NCBI GenBank assembly: GCA_902578935.1
Contig: CACHEU010000004.1
Coordinates: 16,523 to 80,522 of the forward strand
Direction: 5' to 3'
From: an uncultured Pelagibacteraceae bacterium
GTDB lineage: Bacteria; Pseudomonadota; Alphaproteobacteria; Pelagibacterales; Pelagibacteraceae
Length of the DNA: 64,000 bases
Below are positions 38,736 through 48,367 of the stretch, in pieces (the stretch's first letter is position 1; each line of letters starts with the position of its first letter). The notes beneath the pieces were generated by a model. That model had not been told where the DNA came from. It made no database searches and was given only the letters and a program-made list of their open reading frames with translations. Position numbers and translations under genes: made by a program.

Positions 38736-41123
38736 ATGAGTACAGAAAATCTAAAACCTTTATTACCATTAAGAGACATAGTTATCTTTCCATCAACAGT
38801 AATACCTCTTTTTGTGGGAAGGAAGAAATCTATTAAGGCTTTAGAAGAGGTTATGAAAACAGACAAATCTATCGTGTTAGTTGCTCAAAAAAATTCTGAA
38901 GTGGATGATCCTAAAGCAGAAGATATTTATTCATTTGGTTGTTTGAGTAAAATCTTACAATTATTAAAACTTCCAGACGGCACAGTAAAAGTTTTGGTAG
39001 AGGGGGTAGAAAGAGTAAAAATAAAATCAATACAGAAAGAGGAAAAAAAGTATTTAAATTGCGAGATCGAAATAGTCTCATCTACTGAAGATAATCAATC
39101 AAGCAAAAATTTAGCATCAAACTTAATTAAAAAATTTGAGAAATTATCCAATTTAAGCAAGAAGGACATGGCGGATTTTACAAAAAATCTAAAAACTCTT
39201 ACTAGCACATCAAACATAGCCGATAATATTTCATCAAATTTAAATATCCAACTATTTGAAAAACAGCAGTTACTTGAGATTACCGATCTTACTAGAAGAT
39301 TAGAAAAAATTTATGAAATAATCGAAAAAGAAACAAGTGTAATCACTATGGAAAAAAGAATTAGAGGCAGAGTTAAAAATCAGATGGAAAAAACTCAAAG
39401 AGAATATTATTTAAATGAACAATTAAAGGCAATCCAGAAGGAACTTGGTGAGATTGAAGAAGGCAAAGATGAAGTTTCTAGTCTTAGTAATTCAATTTTG
39501 AAAGCGAAAATGAGTAAAGAGGCTCAAGCCAAATGTCTTTCTGAACTAAAAAAATTAAAATCTATGAGTCCTATGTCGGCAGAAGCCACAGTTGTTAGAA
39601 ATTATCTTGATTGGATGATAGATCTTCCATGGGCAAACAAAAGTAAGACAATTAAAGATTTAAATGCTGCTCAAAAGATTTTGGATGAAGATCATTATGG
39701 ACTTGAAAAAATTAAAGAGAGGATTATAGAATTTTTAGCTGTTCAGAAAAGGATAGAAAAATTAAAAGGACCTATACTTTGTTTAGTTGGCCCACCAGGC
39801 GTAGGCAAAACTTCTCTGGGAAAATCTATAGCCAGAGCCACTGGAAGAAAATTTGTTAGAATTTCTTTGGGGGGTATAAGAGATGAAGCTGAAATTAGAG
39901 GTCACAGAAGAACTTATATTGGTTCTTTACCAGGAAAAATTATCCAAATGATGAAAAAGGCAGGAACTAAAAATCCTTTATTTTTATTAGATGAAATTGA
40001 TAAAGTTGGAAGTGATTATAGAGGAGACCCATCTTCTGCTTTGTTAGAAGCTTTAGATCCTGAACAGAATAAACAGTTTAACGATCACTATCTAGAAGTG
40101 GATTATGATTTATCCGACGTTATGTTTGTTACCACTGCAAACACGCTAAACATTTTGCCGCCATTGTTAGACAGGATGGAAATTATCAGAATACCTGGTT
40201 ATACAGAAGATGAAAAAATAAATATTGCGCAAAAATTTTTAATACCTAAACAGAGTAAAGACAATGGTCTAAAAAATGAAGAATGGAAAGTTTCTCAGCC
40301 AGTAGTTAAAAAAATTATCAGAGATTATACAAGAGAGTCAGGTGTTAGAAATCTTGAAAGGGAAATTTCAAAGATTGCTAGAAAAATAGTTAAGAAAATA
40401 GATTCTAAGGAGAAAGTTAATAAAGAATTATTAGAAGATGAAATAAATGATTATTTAGGTGTAAAAAAATATAACTTTGGTGAAATTGAAAGCGAAAATA
40501 AGATTGGTGTTGCAACAGGTTTGGCTTGGACAGAGGTTGGTGGAGAAATATTAAAAATAGAATCGGTTAATATGCCAGGAAAAGGAAAAATGCAAATAAC
40601 CGGGAAATTAGGTGAAGTTATGCAAGAATCGGTCAAGGCTGCAAAATCTTACGTGAGATCTAAATCAGTAGAATTTGGAATCATACCTCCACTTTTTGAA
40701 AAAAAGGATTTTCATATTCATGTTCCAGAAGGAGCAACCCCAAAAGATGGTCCTTCAGCGGGTATAGCTATAGTTACTTCAATAATCTCTTCTATTACAG
40801 GTATTCCAGTGAACAAAGACATTGCTATGACTGGCGAAGTAACTTTAAGAGGAAATGTTCTTCAGATTGGTGGTTTGAAAGAAAAACTTTTAGCAGCACA
40901 CAGAGCTGGAATTAAAAAAGTTTTAATTCCTGATGACAACAAAAAGGATTTAGTTGAGATACCAAAAATTATAAAAGAGAGCGTTGAAATTGTTAGCGTT
41001 AAAACTGTAGACGAGGTATTGAAACACTCTTTAACCAAAGAGCTTAAGCCTATTAAGTGGGCGGAAATAGACCAGGCTTCAAGCAAAAATAAAGAAAAAC
41101 CAGAAGTTACAAGCGCACATTAA
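38736..41123 (+). CDS. lon: Lon protease
   Basis: LPLRDIVIFP N-domain. Walker A GPPGVGKTS. Catalytic Ser in PKDGPSAG. 795 aa. Confidence 0.97.
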   Translation: MSTENLKPLLPLRDIVIFPSTVIPLFVGRKKSIKALEEVMKTDKSIVLVAQKNSEVDDPKAEDIYSFGCLSKILQLLKLPDGTVKVLVEGVERVKIKSIQKEEKKYLNCEIEIVSSTEDNQSSKNLASNLIKKFEKLSNLSKKDMADFTKNLKTLTSTSNIADNISSNLNIQLFEKQQLLEITDLTRRLEKIYEIIEKETSVITMEKRIRGRVKNQMEKTQREYYLNEQLKAIQKELGEIEEGKDEVSSLSNSILKAKMSKEAQAKCLSELKKLKSMSPMSAEATVVRNYLDWMIDLPWANKSKTIKDLNAAQKILDEDHYGLEKIKERIIEFLAVQKRIEKLKGPILCLVGPPGVGKTSLGKSIARATGRKFVRISLGGIRDEAEIRGHRRTYIGSLPGKIIQMMKKAGTKNPLFLLDEIDKVGSDYRGDPSSALLEALDPEQNKQFNDHYLEVDYDLSDVMFVTTANTLNILPPLLDRMEIIRIPGYTEDEKINIAQKFLIPKQSKDNGLKNEEWKVSQPVVKKIIRDYTRESGVRNLEREISKIARKIVKKIDSKEKVNKELLEDEINDYLGVKKYNFGEIESENKIGVATGLAWTEVGGEILKIESVNMPGKGKMQITGKLGEVMQESVKAAKSYVRSKSVEFGIIPPLFEKKDFHIHVPEGATPKDGPSAGIAIVTSIISSITGIPVNKDIAMTGEVTLRGNVLQIGGLKEKLLAAHRAGIKKVLIPDDNKKDLVEIPKIIKESVEIVSVKTVDEVLKHSLTKELKPIKWAEIDQASSKNKEKPEVTSAH

Positions 41124-41170
41124 TTGTTTAATATCATCAAACCAACACATTCGGATCGATAATAAAAAGT

Positions 41171-43714
41171 ATGAAAAAAATAGTTATTACTGGCGGAATT
41201 GGATACATCGGAACAGAACTTTGTAAAATTTATTCTGGTGAAAGTTGGAATACTCAGATTACAGTAATAGACAATCGATTTATTTCAGAAAGAGTTAATC
41301 AGTTAAGAAACTGGAATATGAATTTTGTTCATGCTGATATAAGAGATTCGGATGCTGTTAAAAAATATTTAAACGAAGCAGATGTTGTACATCATTTAGC
41401 AGGAGTTACCGATGTTGCAAGAACTAAAGAAGAATCAAATCCAGAGAAAGACAAAGAATTAAACGAAGTCGCAGAAAAAGGTACAGAAGTAGTTCTCTCT
41501 GAAACGTCAAAAAATTGTAAAATTATATTTCCTTCGACACACGTAGTTTTTGAAGGAAAGGAAGATTTAATAAAAGGCATTGAGGAAGGTTACGAAAAAC
41601 TTCCGGTTTTATCTTATGGAATTGGTAAAGCTAAAAATGAAGAACAAATAGAAAAATCAGGAAAAAATTATATAATTTTAAGATTGGCTTCTGTTTACGG
41701 ATATTCAACAGACACTATGAGACTGAATATAATGACGAATTTATTTTCAAAAATAGCTTCACAAGATGGCACGATAAGACTTTTTGGTGGCGGCAAACAA
41801 TTAAAAAGCTTAGTTCCATTAATTGATACAGCCAGATGTTTCAAATTCATGGAGGAAAAGAATGATATTAAAAATGAAACATTTAATGTTTCAAAAGACA
41901 GTGCAACAATAGAAGACGTTGCCAATATATGTAAGAAATTTAATCCAAAAATAAAAATCATTAAAACAAACGATAAAGTTCCAAATCCTGGTTATTCCTT
42001 GTCTAATAAAAAACTTTTGAATACAGGATTTAAATTTCTTTATGGATTAGAAGAAAGCATTAAAGAAATGATATTCAAGTGGTCAAAAAAAGATTTAATT
42101 AAAGACCTGGAATATGTAAGGGACGGAGAAAATGAATATGTTGATTCAAGAGGCAAAATAAGTAACCACGAACTTACCGAACCCATAAATCTAATTGGTT
42201 TTATAGATTCAAAAAAAGGTACTATGCGTGCCAATCATTACCATCCCCAACAAGAACAAAAATGTTTATTTACAAAAGGACAAATAATAGAGGTGTTCCA
42301 AGATTTGTTGAATCCAAATTCACCTAAAATTACTCAAGTAGTGAACGAAGGTCAACTATCAATTATAAAACCAAATGTTGCACACACGATGGTTTTTACT
42401 AAAGATACAGTTTTTCTAAATTTAGTGAGAGGAGATAGGGAGCATGAGGGTTATGGGACAACTCACACTATCAGGCATAATATTGTTAGCGAAAAAGAAA
42501 AAAAAGTATTATTAAATTCTTACAAATTTGATTGCAGATCTTGTGGAAACACCAATTTAAAAAGAGTTGTTTCTCTGGGATTCCAACCTCTTGCAAACAA
42601 TTTATTAAAAAAGAAAAATGATGAATGTGAGTCATATCCACTAGAATTAAATTATTGTCCGAACTGTCACAATTGTCAGCTTTCAGTTTCAGTTGATCCA
42701 AAGAAAATGTTTTCCAATTATCTATACCTTTCTTCAGTATCTGACACTTTTAAAAAACACTTTATTGAAGCAGCTAATAAATATATTAAGGAATTTAAAT
42801 TATCGTCAAAAAAGTCTTACATAATTGATATTGGAAGTAATGATGGTGTAGCATTAAAGCCATTTAGAGATAAAGGTTTTAAAAATATTTTAGGAGTAGA
42901 ACCAGCAAAAAATCTAGCCAAATTAGCCAACAAGAACAAAATTAAAACCATTAACTGCTTTTTAGAAGAAAAGAGTTTAAAAAAAATTAAAAAGAACGCA
43001 GATATTATTCTTGCATCGAACGTATTTGCTCACTCAGATAAATTAAAAGAAATGGCAACATGTATGCTCAAACTTTTAAAAAATAGCGGAACTATAATTA
43101 TAGAGGTGCAGTACTTACTTAACACTCTCAAAGACCTTACTTTTGATAATATTTATCATGAGCATTATAATTATTGGTCTCTAACTTCCCTAGTGAATTT
43201 CTTTAAGCAATTTAATGCAAAAATAGTTAGGGCCGAAAAGATAAATACTCACGGGGGATCTTTAAGAGTCTATATAAAAAAAGATAAAAAATCAAAAATA
43301 GACAAAAGTGTTAAAATTTTGCTTGATGAAGAAGAAAAATTTGGTTTAAAAAGATATTCAACTTACAAAGATTTTGCAGAAAAAATTTATACAATTCAAA
43401 AAAATGTTAAAAAAAATATTAAAAAACTGAAATTAAATGGAAAAAAACTAATCGGTTATGGATCTCCTGCGAAAGCAACAACAGCATTAAATTTTTTCGG
43501 TGTTTCATCAGAAATAGATTTCATCGTGGAAGACAATAAATTAAAACATGGAAAATTTGTTCCAGGAGTAAACATTCCAATTGTAAACAAAAATAAGATT
43601 GTAGATAAAAATAATACAATTCTTGTACTGGCCTGGAATTTTTACGAAGATATTAAAAAAAATAACGCTAAACTTTCTGACAATTTTGTAAGCATAAAAG
43701 ATTTAGAAGTTTAA
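41171..43714 (+). CDS. Three-domain fusion: NAD-dependent sugar epimerase/reductase (SDR), cupin sugar epimerase/isomerase (together CapF-like), and NDP-hexose C-methyltransferase
   Basis: Approximate aa ranges. 1-305: GGIGYIG Rossmann motif and YGIGK (YxxxK). 315-440: cupin with ANHYHPQQE and NVAHTM. 450-847: 4-Cys zinc motif CRSCGN...CPNCHNC, SAM motif IIDIGSNDG, then YHEHYNYWS and THGGSLR typical of TylC3-type C-methyltransferases. Confidence 0.8.
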   Translation: MKKIVITGGIGYIGTELCKIYSGESWNTQITVIDNRFISERVNQLRNWNMNFVHADIRDSDAVKKYLNEADVVHHLAGVTDVARTKEESNPEKDKELNEVAEKGTEVVLSETSKNCKIIFPSTHVVFEGKEDLIKGIEEGYEKLPVLSYGIGKAKNEEQIEKSGKNYIILRLASVYGYSTDTMRLNIMTNLFSKIASQDGTIRLFGGGKQLKSLVPLIDTARCFKFMEEKNDIKNETFNVSKDSATIEDVANICKKFNPKIKIIKTNDKVPNPGYSLSNKKLLNTGFKFLYGLEESIKEMIFKWSKKDLIKDLEYVRDGENEYVDSRGKISNHELTEPINLIGFIDSKKGTMRANHYHPQQEQKCLFTKGQIIEVFQDLLNPNSPKITQVVNEGQLSIIKPNVAHTMVFTKDTVFLNLVRGDREHEGYGTTHTIRHNIVSEKEKKVLLNSYKFDCRSCGNTNLKRVVSLGFQPLANNLLKKKNDECESYPLELNYCPNCHNCQLSVSVDPKKMFSNYLYLSSVSDTFKKHFIEAANKYIKEFKLSSKKSYIIDIGSNDGVALKPFRDKGFKNILGVEPAKNLAKLANKNKIKTINCFLEEKSLKKIKKNADIILASNVFAHSDKLKEMATCMLKLLKNSGTIIIEVQYLLNTLKDLTFDNIYHEHYNYWSLTSLVNFFKQFNAKIVRAEKINTHGGSLRVYIKKDKKSKIDKSVKILLDEEEKFGLKRYSTYKDFAEKIYTIQKNVKKNIKKLKLNGKKLIGYGSPAKATTALNFFGVSSEIDFIVEDNKLKHGKFVPGVNIPIVNKNKIVDKNNTILVLAWNFYEDIKKNNAKLSDNFVSIKDLEV

Positions 43715-43715
43715 G

Positions 43716-43955
43716 CTATTTTTTTAAATATTTTTCTGCTTGCAGAATAATTTTTTCAGTGTCTTTTGGTACGCTCTGTAGTTCTTTTTTCAGATTTTCA
43801 ACTTGATTTGTTAACTTTAAGGGTTTCTCTTTTTTCTCTTTGAGCATTAAAGGTTTTTCTTCCTTATTTTCAAGTATTAAAGGTTTTTCTTTATTATTAT
43901 TTAGAAGAACATCTACAGCTTCTAAAATATCAGGGACTTTATATTTTTCATTCAT
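43716..43955 (-). CDS. Small Lys/Glu-rich protein with three tandem ~10-aa KEKPLxL repeats (79 aa)
   Basis: Its ATG lies 8 nt inside the 3' end of the upstream acetoacetyl-CoA synthetase gene (ATGAATGA). Repeats are NKEKPLILE / NKEEKPLMLKE / KKEKPLKLT. No known domain. Confidence 0.5.
   Translation of the reverse strand: MNEKYKVPDILEAVDVLLNNNKEKPLILENKEEKPLMLKEKKEKPLKLTNQVENLKKELQSVPKDTEKIILQAEKYLKK
43811..43900. repeat. Three tandem 30-bp imperfect repeats (coding, in the 79-aa ORF)
   Basis: Units 43811-43840, 43841-43870 and 43871-43900 share the core ttaaAGGtTTtTCTtt on the + strand. Confidence 0.75.
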
Positions 43956-45912
43956 TGATTAAATTATCTTTATAAAGTTTTTTAAAAAAATTTAGACTAT
44001 TTGGATTTACTAGAGCTTGTAAATTTTCAATTTTTTCTCCATGTATAGCTTTTCTTACTGCCAATTCTACAATTTTTCCACTTTTTGTTCTTGGTATTTC
44101 ATTTACCTGTATAATTTTATGAGGCACATGCTTAGGAGAGCAATTCTTTCTTATTTCATTTTTAATAAATTTTATATCTTCACTATTAAGTTCTTTTTTT
44201 CCATTTAGAATCACAAACAATATTATTTTTACATCATCATTTGAGTCTTGTCCTACAACTAAACTTTCACGAACAAATTCTATATTTTCAACTTGTCTAT
44301 ATATTTCTGCAGTTCCTATTCTTACACCGCCAGGGTTTAGTGTTGCATCAGATCTTCCAAGTATAATAAATCCATCTTTAGAAGTTTTTTGGATAAAATC
44401 TCCATGATGCCAAATATTTTTGTATTTTGAAAAATATGCTTTTTTAAATTTTTTATCACCCGGGTCATTCCAAAATTTTATAGGCATTGTCGGAAATGGT
44501 TTTTTAACAACCAATTCGCCCTTTTTATTTTGAATTAATTTTTTTCCTTTTTCATCAAATACATCAACATCTATACCCAGACTTTCGCCTTGTATTTCAC
44601 CTGGGTAGACATCAGAAAAAATATTTCCCAATACCAAACAACCTACTACGTCTGTACCACCACTTATGGATGTTAAATGAACATTCTGTTTAATATTTTT
44701 ATAAACATATTCAAAACTTTCTTTAACTAAAGGAGAACCAGTAGAAGCAATGATTTTTAGTTCTGATAAATTTAAATTCTTAAAGTTTAAATTTTCTTTT
44801 TTTAGGAAATCAATATATTTTGCGCTAACACCAAATAAGTTAATTTTTTTTTCTGAACAAAATTTTATTAAAGAATCTTTTGATGGATAGGTTGGAGATC
44901 CATCATATAAATATACACTTGCACCAGATGATAATCCTCCAATTAACCAATTCCACATCATCCACCCCGTGGTAGTGTAATAAAAAATTTTGTAATTATT
45001 AGATACATTACAGTGCAAAGAAAATTCTTTATTATGTTCAATAAGAACATTTCCCGCTCCATGTGTAATGCACTTTGGAACTCCAGTTGTCCCGCTTGAA
45101 TACAGTATATAGAGAGGATGATTAAAATTAAATTTTTTAAAATTTGAATCAATTTTAGAATCTTTAATTACAGAATTAAAATTAATGTATTTTAAATTTA
45201 TTTTGTTTTCAAATTGACCTGAATAAGGAAAAACGATTACTTTTCTAATCGATTTAATTTTTTTTAAAATTTCCGGTATTTTTTCTAAAATATTTATTTT
45301 TTTTCCATTATAAAAATAATAATCAGAAGTTATTAAAACTTTCGGTTTTATTTGAAGAAATCTATCAATAACACCTTGAGACCCAAAATCTGGCGAGCAT
45401 GAAGACCAAATTAACCCATTTTTAGATGTTGCCAAAAAAGAAGTAATTGTTTCAATCGCATTTGGTACGTATGCAGCAACTCTATCCTTTTCTTTTAAAT
45501 TTATTTTTTTTAAAAAATGAGAAAACTTACAGACATTTTCATATAGTTCTTTCCATGTAATTTTTTTTTCTATACCACTTTCAGAAAGAAAATTAAGAGC
45601 AATTTCTTCATTTTTTTTAGGCAAAAGATTTTCAGCGTAATTTAATTTTGAATCTGGAAAAAAAATATTTTTATAAAATATTTTGTTTTTTTTTATAATT
45701 TTTTTTCCTTTGAATCCCTTAATTTTTGTAAAATCCCAAACTTCTGACCAAAAAATCTCGGGATTGTTGACTGACCATTTCCAGAGATTTTTAAAACTTT
45801 CACTGTATTTGAGAAGATTTTTTTTATTCAGATACTTGCAAAAATGCCCAAGATTGGAATTTTTTTTGATCTCTTCATTTGGTGACCATAATGAAGACTG
45901 ATTTTCTTTCAT
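43948..45912 (-). CDS. Acetoacetyl-CoA synthetase (acetoacetate--CoA ligase)
   Basis: 654-aa ANL-superfamily enzyme. AMP-binding motif YSSGTTGVPK. The N-terminal region (WKWSVNNPEIFWSEVWDF) and overall length are typical of AACS rather than Acs. Confidence 0.88.
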   Translation of the reverse strand: MKENQSSLWSPNEEIKKNSNLGHFCKYLNKKNLLKYSESFKNLWKWSVNNPEIFWSEVWDFTKIKGFKGKKIIKKNKIFYKNIFFPDSKLNYAENLLPKKNEEIALNFLSESGIEKKITWKELYENVCKFSHFLKKINLKEKDRVAAYVPNAIETITSFLATSKNGLIWSSCSPDFGSQGVIDRFLQIKPKVLITSDYYFYNGKKINILEKIPEILKKIKSIRKVIVFPYSGQFENKINLKYINFNSVIKDSKIDSNFKKFNFNHPLYILYSSGTTGVPKCITHGAGNVLIEHNKEFSLHCNVSNNYKIFYYTTTGWMMWNWLIGGLSSGASVYLYDGSPTYPSKDSLIKFCSEKKINLFGVSAKYIDFLKKENLNFKNLNLSELKIIASTGSPLVKESFEYVYKNIKQNVHLTSISGGTDVVGCLVLGNIFSDVYPGEIQGESLGIDVDVFDEKGKKLIQNKKGELVVKKPFPTMPIKFWNDPGDKKFKKAYFSKYKNIWHHGDFIQKTSKDGFIILGRSDATLNPGGVRIGTAEIYRQVENIEFVRESLVVGQDSNDDVKIILFVILNGKKELNSEDIKFIKNEIRKNCSPKHVPHKIIQVNEIPRTKSGKIVELAVRKAIHGEKIENLQALVNPNSLNFFKKLYKDNLINE

Positions 45913-45918
45913 TAAATT

Positions 45919-46461
45919 TTATCTAAAAAAATCTAAAATGAGTATTTTAAAGATTTCAAGTGATTCAAAGAAATGATCAATATAGGGCTCAAGAGCAGGA
46001 AATTTTCTTCCAAGCCTACCTCTTTCAAATTTTAAAATACCAACTAAAAAAATGAATATAACAGAATATGTAATGATATAGTTAAAAAATCCAAATCCTG
46101 GCTTTTCCATAACTTGAGTAGATTTTTGTTTTTGTGTTTTTTTTGAGGTTTTTGCTTTTGCTAATGCCTTTGGATTTTTTGACAAACCTTTTTGTAAAGC
46201 ATAACTTTGTACCGAAGTTCCCCATTTTTGCTGCATATACTCTTTCGAGTAAGGAACTGGATTTTTTCTCTTATCTACTCTTTTCTTTGGTTTTGCTTTT
46301 ACCTGTGTTGAAACTGGACTTACAGGCCTTGGTTTAGCCTTTAAGGGATATTGAGTCCATTTATTTCCACAAGAACTACATTGCACAAGTCTTCCAGCAG
46401 CAGTAATTGCTGAATCAGGCACATTAAATTTCTTATCACAAGATGAACACTGAATAATCAT
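45919..46461 (-). CDS. MJ0042-type zinc-ribbon protein with basic linker and C-terminal TM segment
   Basis: MIIQCSSCDKKFNVPD...LVQCSSCGNKW zinc ribbon. Lys/Pro-rich linker. One hydrophobic helix (FFNYIITYSVIFIFLVGIL). Confidence 0.7.
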   Translation of the reverse strand: MIIQCSSCDKKFNVPDSAITAAGRLVQCSSCGNKWTQYPLKAKPRPVSPVSTQVKAKPKKRVDKRKNPVPYSKEYMQQKWGTSVQSYALQKGLSKNPKALAKAKTSKKTQKQKSTQVMEKPGFGFFNYIITYSVIFIFLVGILKFERGRLGRKFPALEPYIDHFFESLEIFKILILDFFR

Positions 46462-46515
46462 AGCTAAAGATAATACATTTAATATAGGTCAATTTACATT
46501 AATTTTTTTTTAGTT

Positions 46516-46544
46516 TTTACATTGCAAATTTAATATTGTATATG
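46516..46544 (+). promoter_or_regulatory. Putative promoter for the tRNA-Val/tRNA-Asp pair
   Basis: TTTACA (46516-46521), 17-nt spacer, TATATG (46539-46544), about 17 nt upstream of tRNA-Val. Confidence 0.35.
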
Positions 46545-46561
46545 TCTGATCTGCTTATTTG

Positions 46562-46637
46562 GGGCGGTTAGCTCAGTTGGTAGAGCATCTCGTTTACACC
46601 GAGAGGGTCATAGGTTCGAGTCCTTTACCGCCCACCA
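46562..46637 (+). tRNA. tRNA-Val (anticodon TAC)
   Basis: Acceptor GGGCGGT/ACCGCCC. D-arm GCTC-AGTTGGTA-GAGC. Anticodon stem TCTCG/CGAGA with loop TTTACAC. T-loop TTCGAGT. Encoded ACCA. Confidence 0.93.
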
Positions 46638-46639
46638 GT

Positions 46640-46716
46640 GGGGGTGTAGCTCAGTTGGTTAGAGCGCCTGCCTGTCACGCAGGAGGTCGCGGGTTCGAGT
46701 CCCGTCACTCCCGCCA
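46640..46716 (+). tRNA. tRNA-Asp (anticodon GTC)
   Basis: Acceptor GGGGGTG/CACTCCC. Anticodon stem CCTGC/GCAGG with loop CTGTCAC. T-arm GCGGG-TTCGAGT-CCCGT. Encoded GCCA. Starts 2 nt after tRNA-Val. Confidence 0.95.
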
Positions 46717-46863
46717 CTTGTTGATAATCATTTTCATCTAAACTAACGATAGTGTGAATATCTGACATCTATACACTTGTATCTTGGTTGATATATAATT
46801 AATAAAGTAAATTAATATGAAAATCTCCAAGCTAAAATGTATTGGGGTACATATTGTTAAACA

Positions 46864-47232
46864 ATGTTTTTTGATTTTTTATTAGAGTATTTATCTATTG
46901 CGATTTTTCTGTTTATAGCTTTAGCTTTAAGCATTGGTTTTATAGCTGTTAATTTTGCTTTTTCTCCTAAAAACCCTGATCCAGAAAAGTTATCAGCCTA
47001 CGAGTGTGGGTTTGAAGCTTTTGATAGTGCAAGATCAGAGTTTGATGTTAGATTTTATTTGGTTGCAATTCTTTTTATAATTTTCGATTTAGAAATAGCT
47101 TTTTTATTTCCATGGTCAGTATCTTTGGGAAACATAGGGCTTCTAGGCTTTTATTCAATGATGATTTTTTTATTTATTTTAACAATAGGATTTATTTATG
47201 AATGGAAAAAGGGAGCCTTAGAATGGGAATAG
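46864..47232 (+). CDS. nuoA: NADH-quinone oxidoreductase subunit A
   Basis: 122 aa, 3 TM segments, YECGF motif. First gene of nuoA-N. Confidence 0.95.
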   Translation: MFFDFLLEYLSIAIFLFIALALSIGFIAVNFAFSPKNPDPEKLSAYECGFEAFDSARSEFDVRFYLVAILFIIFDLEIAFLFPWSVSLGNIGLLGFYSMMIFLFILTIGFIYEWKKGALEWE

Positions 47233-47759
47233 GGTTTTTAAATTTCAAAGAAAAAGAAAAACAAATTCCTGAAGAATTTAGAAAAATTGCAAAAGATTTT
47301 AGCGAAAAAGGATTTGTTACAACCTCCTCTGAAAATTTGATTAATTGGGCAAGAACAGGCTCTTTACACTGGATGACTTTTGGCTTGGCTTGCTGTGCAG
47401 TTGAAATGATGCAAACTTCAATGCCTAGATATGATCTTGAAAGATTTGGTGCGGCTCCTAGAGCTTCACCAAGACAATCTGACGTTATGATTGTTGCAGG
47501 AACATTAACAAACAAAATGGCAGCTCCTTTGAGAAAGGTTTATGATCAAATGCCAGAACCAAGATACGTTATATCTATGGGAAGCTGTGCCAATGGAGGT
47601 GGATATTACCATTATTCATATTCTGTTGTTAGAGGTTGTGACAGGATAGTGCCGGTAGATATTTATGTTCCAGGATGTCCACCATCGGCAGAAGCTCTAT
47701 TATACGGTATCCTTCAACTTCAAAAAAAAATTAGAAGAGAAGGAACTCAAAAAAGATAA
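47202..47759 (+). CDS. nuoB: NADH-quinone oxidoreductase subunit B
   Basis: [25 protein letters not shown] (N2 cluster ligands). The real start may be ATG 47223 (10-nt overlap with nuoA). Confidence 0.95.
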   Translation: MEKGSLRMGIGFLNFKEKEKQIPEEFRKIAKDFSEKGFVTTSSENLINWARTGSLHWMTFGLACCAVEMMQTSMPRYDLERFGAAPRASPRQSDVMIVAGTLTNKMAAPLRKVYDQMPEPRYVISMGSCANGGGYYHYSYSVVRGCDRIVPVDIYVPGCPPSAEALLYGILQLQKKIRREGTQKR

Positions 47760-47767
47760 TTTTTACA

Positions 47768-48367
47768 ATGGAATTAGCAGATCTAAATAAACTGTTAAAC
47801 TCAGAACTAACTACAAAAATAAATAGTTCATTAATAGAAAATAATGAATTATTAGTAAGCACTGAGTCTAAAAATTTACATTCCGTTCTTTTATTTTTGA
47901 AGTCAAACACTCAATGTAAATTTAAACAGCTAATTGATATTGTTCCCGTAGATTATCCAAATGAAGAGAAAAGATTTAAAATTTATTATTTGCTTTTGAG
48001 TCACGAAAACAATTCAAGAGTCAAAATATCAATTAGTTTTAATATCGAAGAAAAAATTCCATCAATAACTAAAATCTATCCTTCAGCAAACTGGATGGAA
48101 AGAGAAGCCTTCGATATGTATGGAATTAAATTTAAAAATCATCCAGATCTTAGAAGAATATTGACCGACTATGGTTTTAATGGATATCCACTGAGAAAAG
48201 ATTTTCCTCTTACTGGTTTTAACGAGGTTAGGTACAGCGAGAAAGATAAAAAAGTTATCTATGAACAAGTAAAACTAGAACAAGATTATAGAGATTTTGA
48301 TTTTGATAGCCCTTGGGAAGGAACAAAGTATATGAAACAAATAAAACGAGAAAACAAAAATGAGTAA
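47768..48367 (+). CDS. nuoC: NADH-quinone oxidoreductase subunit C
   Basis: [26 protein letters not shown] motif. 199 aa. Confidence 0.95.
   Translation: MELADLNKLLNSELTTKINSSLIENNELLVSTESKNLHSVLLFLKSNTQCKFKQLIDIVPVDYPNEEKRFKIYYLLLSHENNSRVKISISFNIEEKIPSITKIYPSANWMEREAFDMYGIKFKNHPDLRRILTDYGFNGYPLRKDFPLTGFNEVRYSEKDKKVIYEQVKLEQDYRDFDFDSPWEGTKYMKQIKRENKNE

Noticed and set aside
46559-46741. 60-aa ORF in the track
   Set aside because: It lies entirely over the tRNA-Val and tRNA-Asp genes. It is an artefact of their GC-rich sequence.
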